64,000 nt of DNA from Brevibacterium luteolum (GCF_013004595.1 NZ_JABEMC010000001.1:62001-126000), one strand, 5' to 3'; numbered from the stretch's first letter, positions 46,602 to 57,156 are shown. Made by a program: numbers and translations. Notes: generated from the sequence alone by a model not told the origin.

Positions 46602-47366
46602 CTAGAGCCAGTCCTGCATCGGCCAGTATCCCCAGCGGGAGTGGAAGAGCGCGGCATTGGCGCGGATCGCCTCCCGGTTGCCTGCCGCAGCGTGGCTGGG
46701 CGGATGCCACTGGTGGAAGGCATCAGCGCCGCCGGTCCACAGCATCGGGATCCGGTGGGCACGCAGCTGCATGCCGAAGTCGGTGTCCTCCCCACCGTAT
46801 CCGCGGTAGTCCTCACTGAACCCGCCGAAGGCCTCCCGGCAGTCCCGCCACAGCCGGGCGGTGAGGGCGAAGGACAGTGACCAGAACAGCTGGTACTCAT
46901 CTTCAGCGGCCGCCTGCATGACCCCGTCCGCCGGGGCCGGCCGGCCCGGGTGCGGATTGCGGTATCCGGTGAGCGCGTCGAGCGTCTCCGCGGTGACCGG
47001 CTGGTCCTCACGCAGGTAGGTGACCGGCCCGCAGGCCACCGCGTCCGGGCGCTCGGCCAGTGCTGCGGTATAGCGGTCGATGAGACGTGGGCCGGGCAGG
47101 CAGTCGGCGTCGAGGAACACGATGACTTCAGCCCCGGCATCGGCTGCGTAGTCGCCTGCCATGTTGCGGGCGCGAGCGAGCTCCAGCCGGCCGGGCGCGG
47201 TGGCATCGAGCACCGTCGAGCCGTCCAGCTCGAAGAGACTCTCGCCGATCGCCACAGTCGTGTGGTCGGCCGCCGGTGCCCAGCGGGCAAGTGCCGCGCG
47301 CTGCAGGCGCACCCGCTCGGCCCGGTCGGCGGAGGCCAGGGTGACGACGTGGACGGCCGGCCTCAC
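46602..47366 (-). CDS. Glycosyltransferase, GT2/GT7-like
   Basis: LARARN, FLDADC, FWSLSFA, GYGGEDTDF, FHQWHP. Confidence 0.88.
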   Translation of the reverse strand: MRPAVHVVTLASADRAERVRLQRAALARWAPAADHTTVAIGESLFELDGSTVLDATAPGRLELARARNMAGDYAADAGAEVIVFLDADCLPGPRLIDRYTAALAERPDAVACGPVTYLREDQPVTAETLDALTGYRNPHPGRPAPADGVMQAAAEDEYQLFWSLSFALTARLWRDCREAFGGFSEDYRGYGGEDTDFGMQLRAHRIPMLWTGGADAFHQWHPPSHAAAGNREAIRANAALFHSRWGYWPMQDWL

Positions 47367-48349
47367 GGGGCGCCTTCCACCGGTGGATGGTGTGCCGCCC
47401 GGCTGCGGTCGGCGACCGCGAGGATCTCACGTGCCGCCCGGCCTGCCGCCCCGGCCGTCTGCCAGCGGCTCCACTCCGGCTGCCGGGACCCGGCGGCGGC
47501 CACGATCTCAGGCCACACCTCGGGCGCGGGCAGCTCCGTGACGACCTCGGCCAGCCCGGCATCGGCGAGCACAGCAGCGGTCGCGGCCTGCTCGTCATAT
47601 GGCCGCTGCTGGGGCACGATGACCGCCGGGCGGTTCGCGCAGGCGATGTCGGCGATCGCGTTCTGCCCGCCGGCGGAGATGACGACCGAGGCACCGGCCA
47701 GGTCGGCATACGGGTCCTCGCGCCACGACTCGGGTCCCAGCAGCCGGCAGCCGGGTCCGAGGTGGTGCTGGACCTGCTGCCAGTAACCGGCCGGAGCATC
47801 GGCCCCGCCGCGGCCGAGCAGGATGACCGGCCCATGCTGATCCGCGGCCGGTCTGCGGCCGGCGAACCGGGAGATCCCGCCGACAGCGATGACCTTTCCG
47901 GCATGTGTGCGCAGGTGCTCGGGCAGCCTGACCCAGTCGGGCCAGGCGGCGATGATCGACTCGCACATCTGGTAGCCGAGTCGGTGGGCGGCATCATTCC
48001 GGACGCCGGGCATCGCCAGGGTGGTGACCGGCACACCGAGCAGCCTGAGGAACACGGCGACCTCGACGGACACGTCGACGTGGACGGCCCGCGGCTGGGC
48101 CTCTGCCACCCAGGCGGCCAGAGCCGCCATCCGCGCGCGCAGGCCCGGGTGGTCGCGCGGCACCCAGTGCAGCGCCCCGCCGGCGGTGACATCGGCCCCG
48201 CGCTCCTCGGCCGGGGCGTCGAGCGGCAGCCCGATGTCCGCGCGCGGATGCGAGGACAGGATGACCGTCTCCTCGGGGATCTCAGCGGCGATCGCCTGGC
48301 AGCGGAAGAGATGGCCGGTGCCGTGATGGTGAGCGTAGAAGCCGATCAT
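47363..48349 (-). CDS. Glycosyltransferase, GT-B with GT28 C-terminal-like domain
   Basis: GFYAHHHGTGH, VDVSVEV, SAGGQN, PQQRPYDEQ. Confidence 0.85.
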   Translation of the reverse strand: MIGFYAHHHGTGHLFRCQAIAAEIPEETVILSSHPRADIGLPLDAPAEERGADVTAGGALHWVPRDHPGLRARMAALAAWVAEAQPRAVHVDVSVEVAVFLRLLGVPVTTLAMPGVRNDAAHRLGYQMCESIIAAWPDWVRLPEHLRTHAGKVIAVGGISRFAGRRPAADQHGPVILLGRGGADAPAGYWQQVQHHLGPGCRLLGPESWREDPYADLAGASVVISAGGQNAIADIACANRPAVIVPQQRPYDEQAATAAVLADAGLAEVVTELPAPEVWPEIVAAAGSRQPEWSRWQTAGAAGRAAREILAVADRSRAAHHPPVEGAP

Positions 48350-49419
48350 GAGATGAGCTCGGCGGCGACGCGTCCGGTGCCGATGACCTCGCTGTACAGC
48401 CGCAGGTAGCCTGTGACCATGTGCCGGCAGTCGAACCGGGTGACCGCCATCCGGCGGGCGCGGGCGCGGTCGAAGCGTCGAGCCCGGCCGATTGCTGCGG
48501 CGAGATCGTCGACATCGCCGGGACGGGCGAGCAGTTCGGGGGCGTCGGCGAGCACCTCGGGAATCCCGCCGCGGGCGAACGCGGCCACCGGGGTGCCGCA
48601 GGACAGCGACTCGATCGTCACGAGCCCGAAAGGCTCATCCCAGCAGGGGGTGACGACCGTGACCGCAGCCGCCCCAACCTCGGCGGCGATCTGCGCGTCG
48701 TCGAGATGCCCGACCCACAGAGCGTCATCGCCTAGGCGCGGCTCGATTTCGGTGGTGAAGTAGCGCGGTTCGGCGCAGCGGCCGATGATGCGCAGCGGCA
48801 CACCGGCAGCCCTGCAGGCATCGATGGCAAGGTGCAGGCCCTTCTCCGGGGTGATGCGGCCGAACCACACGGCATGATCCCCGCCCGGGCCAGCGGCGAA
48901 GGTGCGGGTGTCGACGCCGTTGTGGACGACGGTGGCCGGTTCGGGCAGCTGCCACTGCCCGGCGGTGAAGGCGCTGACCGCAGCGAACGAACCGGCGCTG
49001 CTGCCAGCCCGGCTGATCGCCTCATCCAGGGGCGCCCCCGGCGGCACGTGCAGGGTGGTGAGCATCGGCACCCGGCCGGAGGCACCGGAGAAGAACGCCG
49101 GGCTGACCGAGTTGTTGTGGATGAGGTCGTAGGGTCCGTCCTGCAGGCGCTCGAACAGCTGCCGGTAGGCGGTGTGCTCGATGTCCTGGGCGCCGGGCGG
49201 GTAGGCGTCGTCGCGGGCGATGTGCTCATGCCCCGTCCAGTCGATGCCCGGCAGCTCGAACTCCTGCCGGTGACCGCGTGAGCCAGCCGAGGCGTACAGG
49301 TCGACCTGCACGCCCGCCTCGCGCAGCCCGGTGGTCAGCCGGTCGCAGAACACCTCGAGTCCCCCGCCGAAGGGCGGGGTGATGGGCATGCGGGCAGGCC
49401 CGACGACGGCGACGCGCAT
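48346..49419 (-). CDS. Glycosyltransferase family 4
   Basis: PPFGGGLE, FGRITPEKG, WDEPFGLVTIESLSCGTPV. Confidence 0.92.
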   Translation of the reverse strand: MRVAVVGPARMPITPPFGGGLEVFCDRLTTGLREAGVQVDLYASAGSRGHRQEFELPGIDWTGHEHIARDDAYPPGAQDIEHTAYRQLFERLQDGPYDLIHNNSVSPAFFSGASGRVPMLTTLHVPPGAPLDEAISRAGSSAGSFAAVSAFTAGQWQLPEPATVVHNGVDTRTFAAGPGGDHAVWFGRITPEKGLHLAIDACRAAGVPLRIIGRCAEPRYFTTEIEPRLGDDALWVGHLDDAQIAAEVGAAAVTVVTPCWDEPFGLVTIESLSCGTPVAAFARGGIPEVLADAPELLARPGDVDDLAAAIGRARRFDRARARRMAVTRFDCRHMVTGYLRLYSEVIGTGRVAAELIS

Positions 49420-50519
49420 CAGCTGCCGTCCTCGGTGAGGAACATCGCCGGTGTCGCCACCGCCGCAGCAGCACTCCTCGGGGCCATGGCCTGCGCATAC
49501 GCGTCCGCGTAGGCCTGCTGGGCTGCCGGCGCCCGGTCAGCGACATCCCCGCGGGCGATGCGCCCGCGCCTGATCGCCCACACCGCGGCCTCGGCCGCTG
49601 CGGCACCGCTGCCGGTGCGATAGGTGCGCACCGCCTCGGGCGCGTCCGCCTGACCGGCATAGTGTCCGCAGTCGGGGGCGATGACGCTCAGACCCAGGTC
49701 GCGGCACATCTCCAGCCAACCCGAATGCGTCCCATGCGCATATGGCAGCACCGATACAGCGCACCCCGAGAGCGCCCGGTAGAGCACAGCATCCGGGAGT
49801 CGGGCTGTCAGATGCAGGTCGAGGCCCGGTGCGGCACCGGAGTCGGCGGCAGCCTGCAGGGCAGTCACCGTCGGGTGTGCGGCACTCGACCGGTGCGCCC
49901 ACACCTCCAGCCATGCCCCGGACCGGTGCAGACCTGAAGCCAGCGACAGGTAGAACGCCGGGTCGGTGACGACGTTGGTGCGCAGATCCTTGAGGAACAC
50001 GGCCGCCGAGCGCCCGCGCCGGCCGCTGGCGGTCATGATCTGGGCGGCTTGGGCGGCTGGGACGATCGGCGGGTGGGCGATGACGTCGGCGGAGACGTCG
50101 TAGTCGGCGGCCAGTTCGGCTGCCGCGCCCGAGGTGAGGGTGAAGACTGCAGCGGCAGCGGCGGTGAGTGCGCGCAGCCGGTCGCGATGCGCACGCTGAT
50201 CTCTCAGGTGCGGGTTGGCCAGATCGTGGACGGTGACGACGAGCGCTGCGTGGGCATCAGCGCAGGCGCCGATGAAGTCGCGGATCTGTGCGAGACTGCG
50301 ATGCTCGAACCCGAAGTGGACGTGGACGATGTCGAACTCGCCGGCGTGCGCCCGGATCCAGTCGGCCTCCAGCCCGGGGTGCGGATGCCAGCCTTCGCCG
50401 ACAGGCAGCTGAGCGGGCCTGACGGGTTCGGCAGTCGGCGGCCAGGTGGCATCGACGAATGGGTGCTGGGCAGGGATGGAGAGAACTCGGGGGCGAGCGT
50501 CGAGCTCCGGAGTCTTCAT
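49419..50519 (-). CDS. Glycosyltransferase, GT4-like
   Basis: HVHFGFE, VTVHDLANPH, LPYAHGTHSGWLE.C.DLG. Confidence 0.8.
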   Translation of the reverse strand: MKTPELDARPRVLSIPAQHPFVDATWPPTAEPVRPAQLPVGEGWHPHPGLEADWIRAHAGEFDIVHVHFGFEHRSLAQIRDFIGACADAHAALVVTVHDLANPHLRDQRAHRDRLRALTAAAAAVFTLTSGAAAELAADYDVSADVIAHPPIVPAAQAAQIMTASGRRGRSAAVFLKDLRTNVVTDPAFYLSLASGLHRSGAWLEVWAHRSSAAHPTVTALQAAADSGAAPGLDLHLTARLPDAVLYRALSGCAVSVLPYAHGTHSGWLEMCRDLGLSVIAPDCGHYAGQADAPEAVRTYRTGSGAAAAEAAVWAIRRGRIARGDVADRAPAAQQAYADAYAQAMAPRSAAAAVATPAMFLTEDGS

Positions 50520-50715
50520 CGCCGAACCGGCCTTTCCAATGGAGTCAGCTGCATGCGTGCAGCGCGGTCGCCGCAGCAAGCAACTCGTGCACCTGCGTAA
50601 GCGAGGACAAGAAAGCTTGTCGGTGCCGGTGCAGGGTAAGGTGACTTGATGGTATCACCGTGCGGCGCCGATCCGGTTCCGCATACATGATTCCGGGTCA
50701 GAGTCGAGGTGAACA

Positions 50716-51702
50716 GTGGACGCACATGCCGTTGAGCACATTCTCACCGGCCCGCCTGCCCACGGAGTGATCCGATTCGGGCGACATCTGCACCAGGCTT
50801 TGGGACAGGGGTTCGTTCGTGAGGCTCTCAACCCGGCGCAGCTGCCGGCCCCGGCTGCCGACGCCGAGCTCGTCCACATCAGCTTCACCGACCACCTCTG
50901 CGGCCCCGACCCGCAAACCGCTGTCGACACAGTGCTGCGCCTGGCCGCCGGTCGGCTGCTGAGCTTGACTCTGCACGACATCCCGCAGCCTGGCGAGGGT
51001 GCTGATCGCTGCGCCCGCCGGCAGGCGGCCTACCTCAGGCTCGTGCGCGCCGCTGACGTCGTGGTGACGAATTCTGAGTCTGAAGCCCGCCGGCTGGAAT
51101 CCGCCGGGGCCATCCACGTCGTGCCCCTGCCGATCGAAGCACCGCGTCCGCTGGCTGCAGCTCCCGGCCCACCGACGGCCGGATCTTCAGACGGGGGTAT
51201 CCCGGTCATCGGCATCTTCGGGTTCGTCTACCCCGGCAAGGGCTGCGAGGACGTCATCGACGCGGCTCCGGCCGGGACCCGCATCCTGCTGCTCGGAGAC
51301 GTCGCTGACGGCCACGCCGGCTACCTTGCCGGGCTGCGCTCGCGGGCGGCAGAGCGCGGCATCGACCTGCAGTGCACCGGCTACATCCCCGACACCGAAC
51401 TCCCAGCCGCCCTCGATGCGGTCACCGTGCCGGTCTGCGCCCACCGCCACGTCTCCGCCTCCGGCTCCCTCAACACCTGGATCGCCCATAACCGGGTGCC
51501 GCTGACCACCATCTCGGACTACACGACCGAAGTCGCCGCGCGCTGGCCGGGCCGGCTGCGCCTCTGCACGCCCAGCACCCTTGCCGAGGCACTCGCCGCC
51601 GCCTGCTGCACACCCGCGTCGACATGGGCTGACACACCCCCTCCGGATTGGGGCTGGGCTGAGGTCGCCGCCGCCTACCGCCGTATCTGGAGCACCGTAT
51701 GA
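50716..51702 (+). CDS. Glycosyltransferase, GT4-like
   Basis: HGVIR, TLHDIPQ, GFVYPGKG, HVSASGSLNTW. Confidence 0.8.
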   Translation: MDAHAVEHILTGPPAHGVIRFGRHLHQALGQGFVREALNPAQLPAPAADAELVHISFTDHLCGPDPQTAVDTVLRLAAGRLLSLTLHDIPQPGEGADRCARRQAAYLRLVRAADVVVTNSESEARRLESAGAIHVVPLPIEAPRPLAAAPGPPTAGSSDGGIPVIGIFGFVYPGKGCEDVIDAAPAGTRILLLGDVADGHAGYLAGLRSRAAERGIDLQCTGYIPDTELPAALDAVTVPVCAHRHVSASGSLNTWIAHNRVPLTTISDYTTEVAARWPGRLRLCTPSTLAEALAAACCTPASTWADTPPPDWGWAEVAAAYRRIWSTV

Positions 51703-53069
51703 CAGCCCCGTCCGTGTCCGTCATCATCCCCTACTACGAGAATCCGACAGGGCTGAGCGCGGTGCTCGCCGGGATCAGCGCGCAGGAATACACAGGCGAC
51801 ATCGAGATCATCGTCGCCGACGACGGCTCGGCCACCGCGCCCGAGGTGCCGGCCGGCGTGCGACTCGTCCGCCAGGACGACCGGGGCTTCCGTGCCGCAG
51901 CCGCCCGCAACCTCGGTGCCGCGCACGCCAGCGGGACGATCCTCGTCTTTCTCGACGGCGATACGATCCCGCAGCCTGGCTGCATCGCCGCCCTGGCAGA
52001 GGCGCTCGTCGAGGAGCCGTGGACGCTGGCCGTCGGCAGCCGCCGCATGCTCGACACCGACACTACTCCGCCGACCGACCTCGGCGAACCTGCCTGGCTC
52101 ACCCGCGCCTGGACGGACACGTCGGACCTGCAGCGCATCGACGACACCGGCTTCCGGTTCATCATCTCCGCCGTCCTCGCCCTCACCCGCGAGCTGTTCG
52201 AGACGATCGGCGGGTTCGACGCAGGCTTCATCGGCTACGGCGGCGAGGACTGGGAACTCGCCTGGCAGGCCCGCCTGGCCGGCGCAGACTACCGGCACCT
52301 CCCGCACGCCCTTGCCCACCACCTCGGCGGCGACTGGGCCCACCGCTGGGGTGCAGACACCGCCGGCAAGCGCGCGGAGAAGAACGCCGAGTCGATGGCA
52401 CTGGCCGCCAGCATCACGCATCCGATCATGCGCCCTGCCGGCATCGTCTTCGCAGTCCCCGACATCCTCGTCCACCTGCCGAGCAGCGGCGACACGGGCT
52501 GCGACGTCGCCGCGATCACCGCGCTGTTGGCCGCCGGCGACGTGCACGTCGTGGTCACCGCAGGCCAGGGCGCTGCTGCAACCGGCCCCGAGATGCCGGG
52601 CGTCTTCGCCGCCGACCCGCGGGTCCACGATGTGGTTCCGGAATGGAGCCGGGCCCGCCCACGCTTCGATGTCTGTGCACACCGGGCTTTCTGCCCCGGA
52701 CCGGGCGAGCTGCAGGCAGTGTGCGAAGCAGCCGCCATGGCCGAGCGCTGCGCGACGGTGACCGATAGCACCGGTCAGCTCTACGCTGAGATCCGGCCGG
52801 CTCGCGCGGTGGCACTGGCGGCCCGCGGCCCGCGGCACAGGCGGGGGAACAAGCCGCAGCCCGGATCCGAACCCGGGCTGCGGCTCGTGCGGCAATGGGC
52901 CCTCCCTCCGGCCCTGCTGGCGCTCGAGGACACGTGGCGTCAGGCTGCCGAAGAGGAGCTGAAAGGGTGCCAGGCGGGAATCAGCGTGGGTGAGCCTGGG
53001 TCAGCTGACGGCTTCGTCGTAGGCGCTGACGAGGTCAGTGGTGAGGCCGACGGACTTCTCAGTCGTTGA
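51699..53069 (+). CDS. Glycosyltransferase family 2
   Basis: VSVIIPYY, VADDGS, AAARNLG, FLDGD, GYGGEDWE. Confidence 0.88.
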   Translation: MTAPSVSVIIPYYENPTGLSAVLAGISAQEYTGDIEIIVADDGSATAPEVPAGVRLVRQDDRGFRAAAARNLGAAHASGTILVFLDGDTIPQPGCIAALAEALVEEPWTLAVGSRRMLDTDTTPPTDLGEPAWLTRAWTDTSDLQRIDDTGFRFIISAVLALTRELFETIGGFDAGFIGYGGEDWELAWQARLAGADYRHLPHALAHHLGGDWAHRWGADTAGKRAEKNAESMALAASITHPIMRPAGIVFAVPDILVHLPSSGDTGCDVAAITALLAAGDVHVVVTAGQGAAATGPEMPGVFAADPRVHDVVPEWSRARPRFDVCAHRAFCPGPGELQAVCEAAAMAERCATVTDSTGQLYAEIRPARAVALAARGPRHRRGNKPQPGSEPGLRLVRQWALPPALLALEDTWRQAAEEELKGCQAGISVGEPGSADGFVVGADEVSGEADGLLSR

Positions 53070-53744
53070 GTCGTGCAGGGCGGAGCCGGTGACGAGCCCG
53101 TTCTTGACCACGGCTGAGACTGTGTGCTGCTCTGTGCCCGGAGCCATTGGGCTCGTGGCGACGGTCTCGACTGCCTGGCCGGCGCCGGGGATGTCGACGA
53201 CGTCAACAGACATCTCCATCTCGATGCGCTCTCCAGCCACTGTCATCGTCATGTTCGAGCAGGTGGAGTTCGTGTCGATCATGTTCTGCAGTGCCGCAGC
53301 GGCATCATCGTCCGTCTCATATGAGGCGATCGCCGCCGTGTAGCCATTGTCGTCGCTCAGCGCCGACGTGTTCGGGACATCGGCAGAGGGCTTGGTCACG
53401 AGCTCGATGAGGACGTCTTGGCAGGCGGCTGGTTCGACGTCGGCCTGTTTGAACTGCTCGATTGCGCTCTGCACCTCCGGCGGCTCCGCATCGATGGTCG
53501 CAAAGCTCTTCCCGTCGTACGTCAGCCCGTTGAGCACTGTGGCAAGCTCGTCTTCGTTCAGCTGCTTGAGGGCATCGTCTGCGGGCGCGGAGGTCTCCTC
53601 AGCGGGCTGCGCAGTGCCGCCCCCGGCCTGTTCGGCGGACTTGTCCGCTGCGCCGGAACCGCCGGAGCATGCAGAGAGGACGAGGGCTATTCCGGCTGAT
53701 GCAGCAAAACCGGCGGCCAGCCGAAAGGGGGATGGGTGTTCCAT
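53001..53744 (-). CDS. Lipoprotein (PknH/sensor-like extracellular domain)
   Basis: Signal peptide with lipobox LSA-C; two further Cys; RBS aggag before ATG 53744. Confidence 0.78.
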   Translation of the reverse strand: MEHPSPFRLAAGFAASAGIALVLSACSGGSGAADKSAEQAGGGTAQPAEETSAPADDALKQLNEDELATVLNGLTYDGKSFATIDAEPPEVQSAIEQFKQADVEPAACQDVLIELVTKPSADVPNTSALSDDNGYTAAIASYETDDDAAAALQNMIDTNSTCSNMTMTVAGERIEMEMSVDVVDIPGAGQAVETVATSPMAPGTEQHTVSAVVKNGLVTGSALHDSTTEKSVGLTTDLVSAYDEAVS

Positions 53745-53874
53745 GCGGTGCTCCTGGCGTGAGGCGGGTGCTGTGATCCTCAGCTTAAAGGGCGGAACCG
53801 GGAGGGGACAACGAGGTTCTGTTGCAGTCCTGCGACAGCCGGTTTCTGCTGCTGCCTGCCATACACTGAAGGAT

Positions 53875-54465
53875 ATGATTTCCGAACTCAACCGCGAGAG
53901 CACCGCCCTGGTCCTCGTCGACATCCAGAACGACTTCTGCGAAGGCGGCGCCCTCGGGGTCGAGGGTGGGACGGAAGTGGCCCGCCGGGTCGCCGACTTC
54001 GTCACCGCGCATCGGGACGACTACGCCCGCATCGTCGCCACCGCTGACTGGCACATCGATCCCGGCGATCACTTCTCCGACCGCCCCGACTTCATCAGCA
54101 CCTGGCCGGTCCACTGCGTGGCCGGCACCGACGGTGCTGCTTTCCACCCCGAGCTCAGACCGGCCATCGACAGCGTCGATGCGGTCTTCCGCAAAGGTGA
54201 GTACGCGGCGGCCTATTCGGGATTCGAAGGCCATCTCACCGATGACGACTCGGTCATGCTCGCCGACTGGCTGCGGGCAGAGGGGATCCGCTCGATCGTC
54301 GTGTGCGGCATCGCCACCGATCACTGCGTGCGCGCCACCGTGCTCGACGGCCGCGATGAGGGCTTCGCCGTCCGGGTGCTCGTCAATCTTGTCGCCGGCG
54401 TCGATGAGAACCGGTCTGCCGAAGCGCTGCAGGAGATGAACGCCGCCGGCGCCGAACTCTCCTGA
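53875..54465 (+). CDS. pncA: Nicotinamidase/pyrazinamidase
   Basis: VDIQNDFCEGG, DWH, WPVHCV, KG...YSGFEG, GIATDHCV. Confidence 0.93.
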   Translation: MISELNRESTALVLVDIQNDFCEGGALGVEGGTEVARRVADFVTAHRDDYARIVATADWHIDPGDHFSDRPDFISTWPVHCVAGTDGAAFHPELRPAIDSVDAVFRKGEYAAAYSGFEGHLTDDDSVMLADWLRAEGIRSIVVCGIATDHCVRATVLDGRDEGFAVRVLVNLVAGVDENRSAEALQEMNAAGAELS

Positions 54466-54538
54466 GACGTCAGGTCCAGAAGCGGTCAGTCCCAGCAGGC
54501 GTCAGCCCGGGAGACCGCCAGCTGCAGAAAGGGTCAGC

Positions 54539-55750
54539 TCAGCCCCTCGCGCGCTCCAGCACACCGGCCAGCCGCCTGACGCCCTCGTCCATCCGCTCGG
54601 CCGGCGTACGCGAGAACGACAGCCGCAGATGGTCATCGGTGGTCCGGTCGACGAAGAACGGGGCTCCGGGCACATAGGCGACTCCCGCCTCGACGGCAGC
54701 CGGGGCGAGCGCCTTCGCATCGATGCCGGGCACCTCCACCCAGGTGAAAAACCCGCCAGCGGGCTGCGTCCACGTCGCTGCGCCGTCCAGGTGCGTGCCG
54801 AGTGCGGCCAGCAGGGCCGCACACCGCCGGGCGTAGGCGCGGCGGATAGCCGGCAGCCCGGCGGTGAAGTGGCCTTCGCGAATGTAGGCGTCGAGCATGC
54901 ACTGCGCTAATGCGGAAGCGCACTGGTCGGTCGTCGTCTTGACCTCGGCCATCGCCGCGATGATCGTCTCCGGCCCACACGCCCAGCCCAGCCGGGTGCC
55001 GGGCGTGAAGGTCTTGGAGAACGTGCCGATCTGCACGGTGACATCCGGGCCGAGCTGATAGATCGAGGGCAGGTATGAGCCGTCGAAGGCGAGATCGCGG
55101 TACGCGACATCCTCAACGAGGAGGATGCCGGCCTCCCGGGCCGCAGCGACGAGCGAAGCACGGCGCGCAGTCGAGAGAAGCAGACCCGAAGGGTTCTGGA
55201 AATCGGGGATGACATAGGCGAACGCCGGTTCCGCGCCCTGCTTGCGGGCGGTCTCACACGCCTCGGCGAGGGATTCGGGAACAAGGCCCTCAGCGTCGCT
55301 GCGCATCGCCACCGGCACCGCCTCATTGGTGGTGAACACCGTGCAGGCCCCCAGATACGTCGGCGCCTCGACGAGGACGGCAGCGCCCGGATCGGCCAGC
55401 GCCTTCGTCACCAGGGTGAGCGCGTCGACCCCGCCGGAGGTGACGATGAGCTCGCCGTCGGCCGGTGTATGCTCCTGCGTCTGGCTGACGAGGGTGCGCA
55501 GGGACTCGCGCAGCGAGGCCAGTCCGCGGTTCGACGCGTACTGCAGCGCCACCTCGGGCGCGGTGGAGACGGCTTTGGCCGCCAGCTCGCTCAGCAGCTG
55601 TGCATCGAACAGGCCGGGGTCGGGGAACCCGCCGGTGAAGTCGATGAGATCCCCGCCCTGCGCTGCGAGCGCGAGGATCGCCGAGAGCTCACCGGGCCCG
55701 CCCTGGGCGCGACGGGCAAGAACATGGGACAGGTCACCGTGCTGTGTCAT
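54539..55750 (-). CDS. PLP-dependent aminotransferase class I/II (LysN/MocR-like)
   Basis: GGFPD, EAPTY, PDFQNPSG, EDVAY, GTFSKTFTPGTRLGW. Confidence 0.9.
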   Translation of the reverse strand: MTQHGDLSHVLARRAQGGPGELSAILALAAQGGDLIDFTGGFPDPGLFDAQLLSELAAKAVSTAPEVALQYASNRGLASLRESLRTLVSQTQEHTPADGELIVTSGGVDALTLVTKALADPGAAVLVEAPTYLGACTVFTTNEAVPVAMRSDAEGLVPESLAEACETARKQGAEPAFAYVIPDFQNPSGLLLSTARRASLVAAAREAGILLVEDVAYRDLAFDGSYLPSIYQLGPDVTVQIGTFSKTFTPGTRLGWACGPETIIAAMAEVKTTTDQCASALAQCMLDAYIREGHFTAGLPAIRRAYARRCAALLAALGTHLDGAATWTQPAGGFFTWVEVPGIDAKALAPAAVEAGVAYVPGAPFFVDRTTDDHLRLSFSRTPAERMDEGVRRLAGVLERARG

Positions 55751-55867
55751 GCCGACACCCTAGAGCGGTGCCGCGCCGGTAGCGACGCCGTCCCATCTGG
55801 CGGGCAGGGCAGAGGACTGGCGGGCAGCTCCGCGGCCCGGTGCGCAGGCGCCAGGCAGCCGGCCGGC

Positions 55868-57040
55868 TCAGCCGAGGGTGCCGTACAGGAACCGGGCGAT
55901 CCCGTCATAGGACTGACGGCGCGGGGCCTCGGCGGACATGAAGACGTCGTGCATGGCATCCGGGATCTTCTCGATCGTCACGGAGCGGCCCAGCGACAGC
56001 GCCCGGCGGGAGATGACATCGACGTCGAGGATGATGTCGGCGGCCGCCATCGACGGGGAGAACGAGGCGCCGCGCAGAGTCGCAGCCGAGATCTGCACAA
56101 GCGCTGGGATCGTGAGGTCGAGACCGGCGGCGACCTGCTCATGGCCGGCGAAGATCGCCCGCAGCCACGCCGGGTAGATCGGGAACCCGCCCGGCGGCTT
56201 GAGCCTGAGGTCATACGGCAGCCGGCCGAGGGAAGCGCTGGCGAGGGTGTAGAAGTTCGGCATCCGCACGTTCAGCGGCTTCGCCGACATCGAGCGCAGG
56301 CTCATCCACGCGTTCATGAGCTTGCGGGCGGCGGCATCGTACTGGAACTCCAGCCACGGTGAGTTCAGCAACAGCGCGCTCGGCTCCTCCGGATGCCGTG
56401 CCGCCCACAGCGACAGAATCAGCCCGCCGGTCGAATGGCCGTGCAGCAGGACCCTGCAGCCGGGATTCTCCTGTCGTGCCACTGCCAGTGCTGCGGCGAT
56501 CTCCTCATCGTAGTCGCTGAGATCCTCGATATAGCCGGCATGGGTCTCATGCCCGGTGAGCACCCGGCCGGGCAGATCGTCCTCGACCTCCTGAACGGCC
56601 GCTGCCGCCAGCGCTTGAGCGGCCGCCTCGTCGTTCAGGGCGGCATCCGCGCCCGAGGTGTCGGGCGCCCAGTGTTCGGGACCGCCGGCTGCGTCGATGA
56701 GCAGGCTGCGGCCGTAGCGGCGCAGGTCGATGGCGTAGAAGGCGATGCCCAGCGACGCATAGTAGTCGGCCAGCCGGTGGTGGAAGAAATAGTCCGACCA
56801 GCCGTGCAGGTAGATCACCGCGGTGTCGGCGGGGATCGCCGGGTGCCCGGTGCCGGCGGGCTGCAGGGACGGCTGCGCCTTCCGCAGCGCGTCCGGAGCC
56901 GGGTCGGCAGCGGGTGCCGGGGCCGGATCGGGGAGCGTTGGGGCGATGATGACGGCGTTCTGCCCGTCACCGACCTCAATCGGCAGCATGCGGAACCGGG
57001 GTCCGAGGATGTCCTCACGCCACTGCCGCTGTGCTGCCAT
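55868..57040 (-). CDS. Alpha/beta hydrolase (lysophospholipase-like)
   Basis: YLHGWSDYFF, DLRRYGRS, GHSTGG, DIILD, HDVF. Confidence 0.88.
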   Translation of the reverse strand: MAAQRQWREDILGPRFRMLPIEVGDGQNAVIIAPTLPDPAPAPAADPAPDALRKAQPSLQPAGTGHPAIPADTAVIYLHGWSDYFFHHRLADYYASLGIAFYAIDLRRYGRSLLIDAAGGPEHWAPDTSGADAALNDEAAAQALAAAAVQEVEDDLPGRVLTGHETHAGYIEDLSDYDEEIAAALAVARQENPGCRVLLHGHSTGGLILSLWAARHPEEPSALLLNSPWLEFQYDAAARKLMNAWMSLRSMSAKPLNVRMPNFYTLASASLGRLPYDLRLKPPGGFPIYPAWLRAIFAGHEQVAAGLDLTIPALVQISAATLRGASFSPSMAAADIILDVDVISRRALSLGRSVTIEKIPDAMHDVFMSAEAPRRQSYDGIARFLYGTLG

Positions 57041-57156
57041 CTGCCCAGTGTCTCAGATCAGCCCGCATGTCCCACCCAGCCGGCTCCCACCTCGGCGGCG
57101 GTCGCGGAACCCGGGCAACGCCTCGGGCACGGGGCAGGATATGGCACCATGACGCT

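Noticed and set aside
45917..53069. Genomic island integrated at tRNA-Ser
   Set aside because: No integrase and no duplicated tRNA-Ser 3' end found in the window; composition similar to host
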